Source of the DNA: the human T2T-CHM13v2.0 reference genome, Homo sapiens
NCBI RefSeq assembly: GCF_009914755.1
Contig: NC_060932.1
Length of the DNA: 64,000 nt
Reading direction: 5' to 3' (one strand)
Both the position numbers and the translations under genes were made by a program. The notes below the pieces were generated by a model, which did not search any database, was not told the DNA's origin, and saw only the letters and a program-made list of their open reading frames with translations. Below, in pieces: positions 59,921-64,000 of this stretch (the first letter of the stretch is position 1; each line of letters starts with the position of its first letter).

Positions 59921-60619
59921 TCCCTGTGTGAGGCCAATGTTCTCACTCTGTTGGCGGCTAATCCACCCCACCCACTTAGGAGTCTGCCTCTCTAGGACAC
60001 CACCAAGTTCAGGACTTTTGAATGGCTTTTTGATGAAGGAAAGAAGTCAGTATATTTTTAAAATTAAAAAGAGGAAGGAAGGGGGAAGAGAATTGAATCC
60101 CAATTTCCAAAGTTCCCTAGGTCTTGATGTACAGGGATAAAGTTTAGGACATTCTCAATGTGAATAATCTAATAGCAATATGTGAGAGGCTGAATGCTAA
60201 TAATGTTCCAGAATTCTGGAAGGATATCAATCCATTGACTAGAGAAATGCAAGAATAAAATACAAAATTAAGCAGAATAAACAAAGAGAAATTATAATTT
60301 AGATGAGTCAGAGTGAACTGTAGAATGCCAAAAGCAAAAATAAGATATTAATGGTGAAAGCTGCTGAAGCTGGAATGTCAAAGACCCACACTTTAATGTA
60401 ATGGAGGATGAGTAATGACCCTGCCACACAGAGGAGGGCAAAACACTGACATAGATTGAGAGAAGAAAATATCTCCCCTGATTTTTTGTACCACAACTTA
60501 ATCCTCATGCAGATTTACTGTCTGGATTCATGTGATTTGTTTGTTCCAAAAATATATCAAGCATAACCACTTTGAATCCTGTGAGAAATTTGTAAGCATA
60601 TAATTGAGTATTTTTGACT

Positions 60620-62800
60620 ACATAGAGAGATAGAAAATGAAAAAGAGAGAGTAAGAGAAAAAAGGAATAGTGAGAAGGTAATATTCTAAAATATATTTAA
60701 TTAGAAGTCTAAAAGAAATCAGAGACTGAGGAAGGAGCAATAATTGAGAGGGTAGATACTAAGAATTTTCTAGAATTTTAGAAAGATACCAATCCTTTGA
60801 AGAAATACAAGAATGAAATACAATTTTCAGCAGGATAAATAAAAAGAAATCCTAATTTAGATGAGTCAGAGCGGACTGTAGAATGCTAAAGGCAAAAACA
60901 AGATGTTAATAGCAAACACAGAAAAAAATGATTACCACAAAGATGTGACAATTTGATCGATGATTGAATTCTTAAAAGCCCTAGCCAAAGATAAGTAAAT
61001 GTCTTCAAAATGCTGAAGAAAATAACTGTCAGCTTAAAATTGTACATCTGGTGAAAATATCATTTAAGACTATTGGTAAAATAAATAACAAAGACTTGAA
61101 ACCAACCCAAATGTCCATCAATGATAGACTGGATTAAGAAAATGTGGCCCATATACACCATGGAATACTATGCAGCCATAAAAAAGGATGAGTTCATGTC
61201 CTTTGCAGGGACATGGATGTTGCTAGAAACCATCATTCTCAAAAAACTATCACAAGGACAGAAAACCAAACACCGCATGTTCTCACTCATAAGTGGGAGC
61301 TGAACAGTGAGAACACATGGACACAGGGCGGGGAAATCACACACCAGGGTCGGTTGTGGGGTGGGGGGAGTGGGGAGGGATAGCATTAGGAGATATACCT
61401 AATGTTAATGACAAGTTAATAAGTGCAGCAAACCAGCATGGCACATGTATACCTATGTAACAAACCTGCATAATGTGCACATGTACCCTAGAACTTAAAG
61501 TATAATAATAATAAACAGTGTTGGTAAAATAAAGACACTTCCAGACAACAATAACTGAGAGCACTTATCGCCAACAGAATATTCAACAGAATATACTTAA
61601 AGCAGAATAAAACTTATAGGTAAGCTCTAAGAGGTGAGAATTGGTAAATCAGTTATAAGTAATTGTGTGATACAGGTCTAAATAAACATTTGTTGTGAAA
61701 AAAATTGATGAGTATGATTGAAGTTTTCTGGATCACATAGACAGGTAGAAAATGTAGAACTCATAGTTTAAAAGAAAAGAATAGTGAGATATAGCTGAAT
61801 ACATATCATTCAATCTGGACTGGTGGAATGAATATAACAAGATAGAACAAAGAAACTGTAAAACAATAGCATATGATCTAGTAGGGACTTTCAGAATTAA
61901 AGTGTTCTAAGACCCTTATATGGCTTTGGAGGAGAATAAGGATCTTTATTAACATGATTCTTGGTCTAGATTGAGTTTGCATGAAATAATTAAAAGAATT
62001 AGCACTAAAAGAATTAGCCTAATTCACAAACTAATAGAGGGGATAAATAGATTCAGAATAAGAAAAAAAGATATCCCTATAAAAAGAAGGCAAGCTATGA
62101 GGGAAAAAAAAGGAAAATTGAGACAATGAGAAAGTGCAAATAGGGCAGAAAAAAGTCAAAATTTATAGCAACCAAAATAAAGATAAATGGAATATACCCC
62201 CAAGTTAAAATACAATAATTGTAAGCACATAATCTAAAATTCAGTTTTGTGATATTTATAAGGGATTTGGCTAAAATAACAATAAAATTTTGAAAGAAAA
62301 AGAAATGGAAAAATATGATTATATTTTAACCAAAAGAAAGTGAATGAAGCTGAATTAATAGGTAAAGTAGACCTTAAGGTTAAAATAATTTTAAAGGCAA
62401 TTTTTTAAAAGGTAAGGTTACTTTATTCTTTCATAGAGTCACCCCATAATGAAAAAATCTTTGATTTGCTTGGAAGAAAGAACAATTCTAAACTAAAATT
62501 GACATAGTACAAAGATAAATGGAAAAGTCTATAATCAAAAGGGAGAATATATCATATAAGATCCTAGTAAAAGAAGCAGTAAAAAACCAAAATCAGTTAA
62601 GTACATGGTAGATTTTGAACAGTAATTAAGAAACTAGATTCAATGACAAAACAAAACATTGCATTGAGCAGTTGGAGAATATACTTAATATCAACCTGTG
62701 AGCAAAATATTTAAATGCTAGCTCATAAAGATATTACCATTAGTTACTTGTGAGAAAGGGTTAAAATTGAAAAATTCTTAGAGATCTAAATAAAACACCC
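60620..62800 (+). mobile_element. Highly degenerate ancient L1M (ORF1/ORF2-derived), A-rich
   Basis: ORF1-like 'aagaattttctagaattt...gataaataaaaagaaatcc', 'gtcttcaaaatgctgaagaaaataactgtc' and endonuclease-like segments. Confidence 0.55.
61086..61516 (+). mobile_element. 5'-truncated L1PA 3' end (~430 bp)
   Basis: ORF2 C-terminus 'DWIKKMW.IYTMEYYAAIKKDEFMSFAGTWM.LETIIL' plus a 3'UTR G-tract and 'cctagaacttaaagtataataa'. TSD ttggtaaaataaa at 61073-61085 and 61521-61533. Confidence 0.95.
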
Positions 62801-64000
62801 TAGATAAAAGCTTATTCTTTAGTCTTTGTGCTTTTCTATTTTGTTCCTAAACCTCCAATCTTTGTAGATATTGAAATTATCTTTATTTGAAGGGAAAACC
62901 TGCAGAGAATGAGTTTCTGTTTTCCTCATTCTGTGCGTAATTGTATTTCCATTTTTCATGGGCTGGTCAAATAGAGGAAAATTTGCCTACAAGCAAAGCA
63001 GATTGAAAATTCCCATCCAGATGTATCATCAGACAGGCATTAACAAGAGCTTATCATTTTGTCTGGGGCAGACCAAATGTTTAAAGTATTTCTTGAGAAT
63101 GTTCACATGGACATTTAGTCTCCAATGTTATGCTAAATTACTATATTTAAAAAAAAACTTTTCTTTTTTTCTTGTCATGCCCACTTTTTGTTAGGGCTTG
63201 TGAGAATGGTCATATGACCATTCCGTATAGATATTTTAACACAAAATGGTAACTTGTTTATCCTTTGACACATGTTGCATTTGTATGTGGTTCGAGAGAG
63301 AGAGAGTGTTTCTTAGAGAAACGATGGATGGTCACATAACAATGTAATGTAGTGTATTTCATCTTTTATATCAAATATAAACATAAACAGCTTCCGTCAG
63401 ATCCAGGCAACTTGTGTTCTACTCTCAAAAGATATTTTACCTACCAAAATATAGCTTAGCCACTGCAGTTCACTGCTGGAAGCATGGTTCCTGTGAAAAC
63501 AGAGAAATGAGATGTAGTTAAGGGTTAAAAATTATAACTTCTTTTTTTTCTGTAAAACTTCATGATCCTCTATCTGTTGTTTTTCTGAACAACTTCCTGT
63601 CTTTTAAAATTGATATAATTCAGCCCCATTTCCTGGTCTCATTCTCCAATTAACCTTAGAAATGATTTCTGGATCTTGTGTGTTTGTCTGGAATACAAGG
63701 GACAGGCGTCTTCTCAGGCAACTGAATGTAAAACAGTTGAACATAAGCTGCCCTCTCCACTGAGATGTCATGGTCACATGGGCAGGAGCCTCAAAGCTGG
63801 CTCAGAACAGGAATTCCAATGATTGACTATCGGGGCAACTAAATTCCCACTATTAAGTTGCAAGGTTGTAGTGTAAGGTTGTAGCACACGTTTGCAGATA
63901 ACTCAACGCTTCATAGATGCTCGCTGCTTCAGAAAAATCTGTGTGACTGGCAAGTTCTATGTACATGTATTTTGTTTTTGTGTTTGAATCTGTATCAGAG

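Noticed and set aside
61121-61303. ORF matching the L1 ORF2p C-terminus
   Set aside because: It is a fragment of a 5'-truncated L1PA and not a functional CDS.

Overview
This is a primate (catarrhine, most likely human or great ape) non-coding window, intergenic or deep-intronic. It is dominated by interspersed repeats: about 27 Alu/FLAM pieces (several AluY-like, with intact target-site duplications, TSDs), solo LTRs (LTR1-like, LTR12, two THE1, several MLT1/MLT2, LTR16-like), a HERV-W (LTR17) remnant, L1 fragments from L1M to L1PA age, L2/MIR relics and MER DNA transposons. I cannot support any protein-coding exon, RNA gene or CpG island. The longer ORFs in the track map to repeats, and the rest show no recognisable protein. 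I found no convincing new biological system. The best observations are structural: (1) a collapsed HERV-W provirus nested in a THE1 LTR, where a 38-bp 5'-LTR stub is fused to the polypurine-tract region and a full 3' LTR; (2) a ~420-bp, ~97% identical dispersed duplication with a templated junction fragment; (3) a perfect 113-bp tandem duplication; (4) a trimeric Alu under one TSD; and (5) a non-canonical internal L1 fragment with nearby deletion scars. Repeat family names come from remembered consensus sequences and need RepeatMasker/Dfam confirmation. Boundaries of old repeats are approximate.
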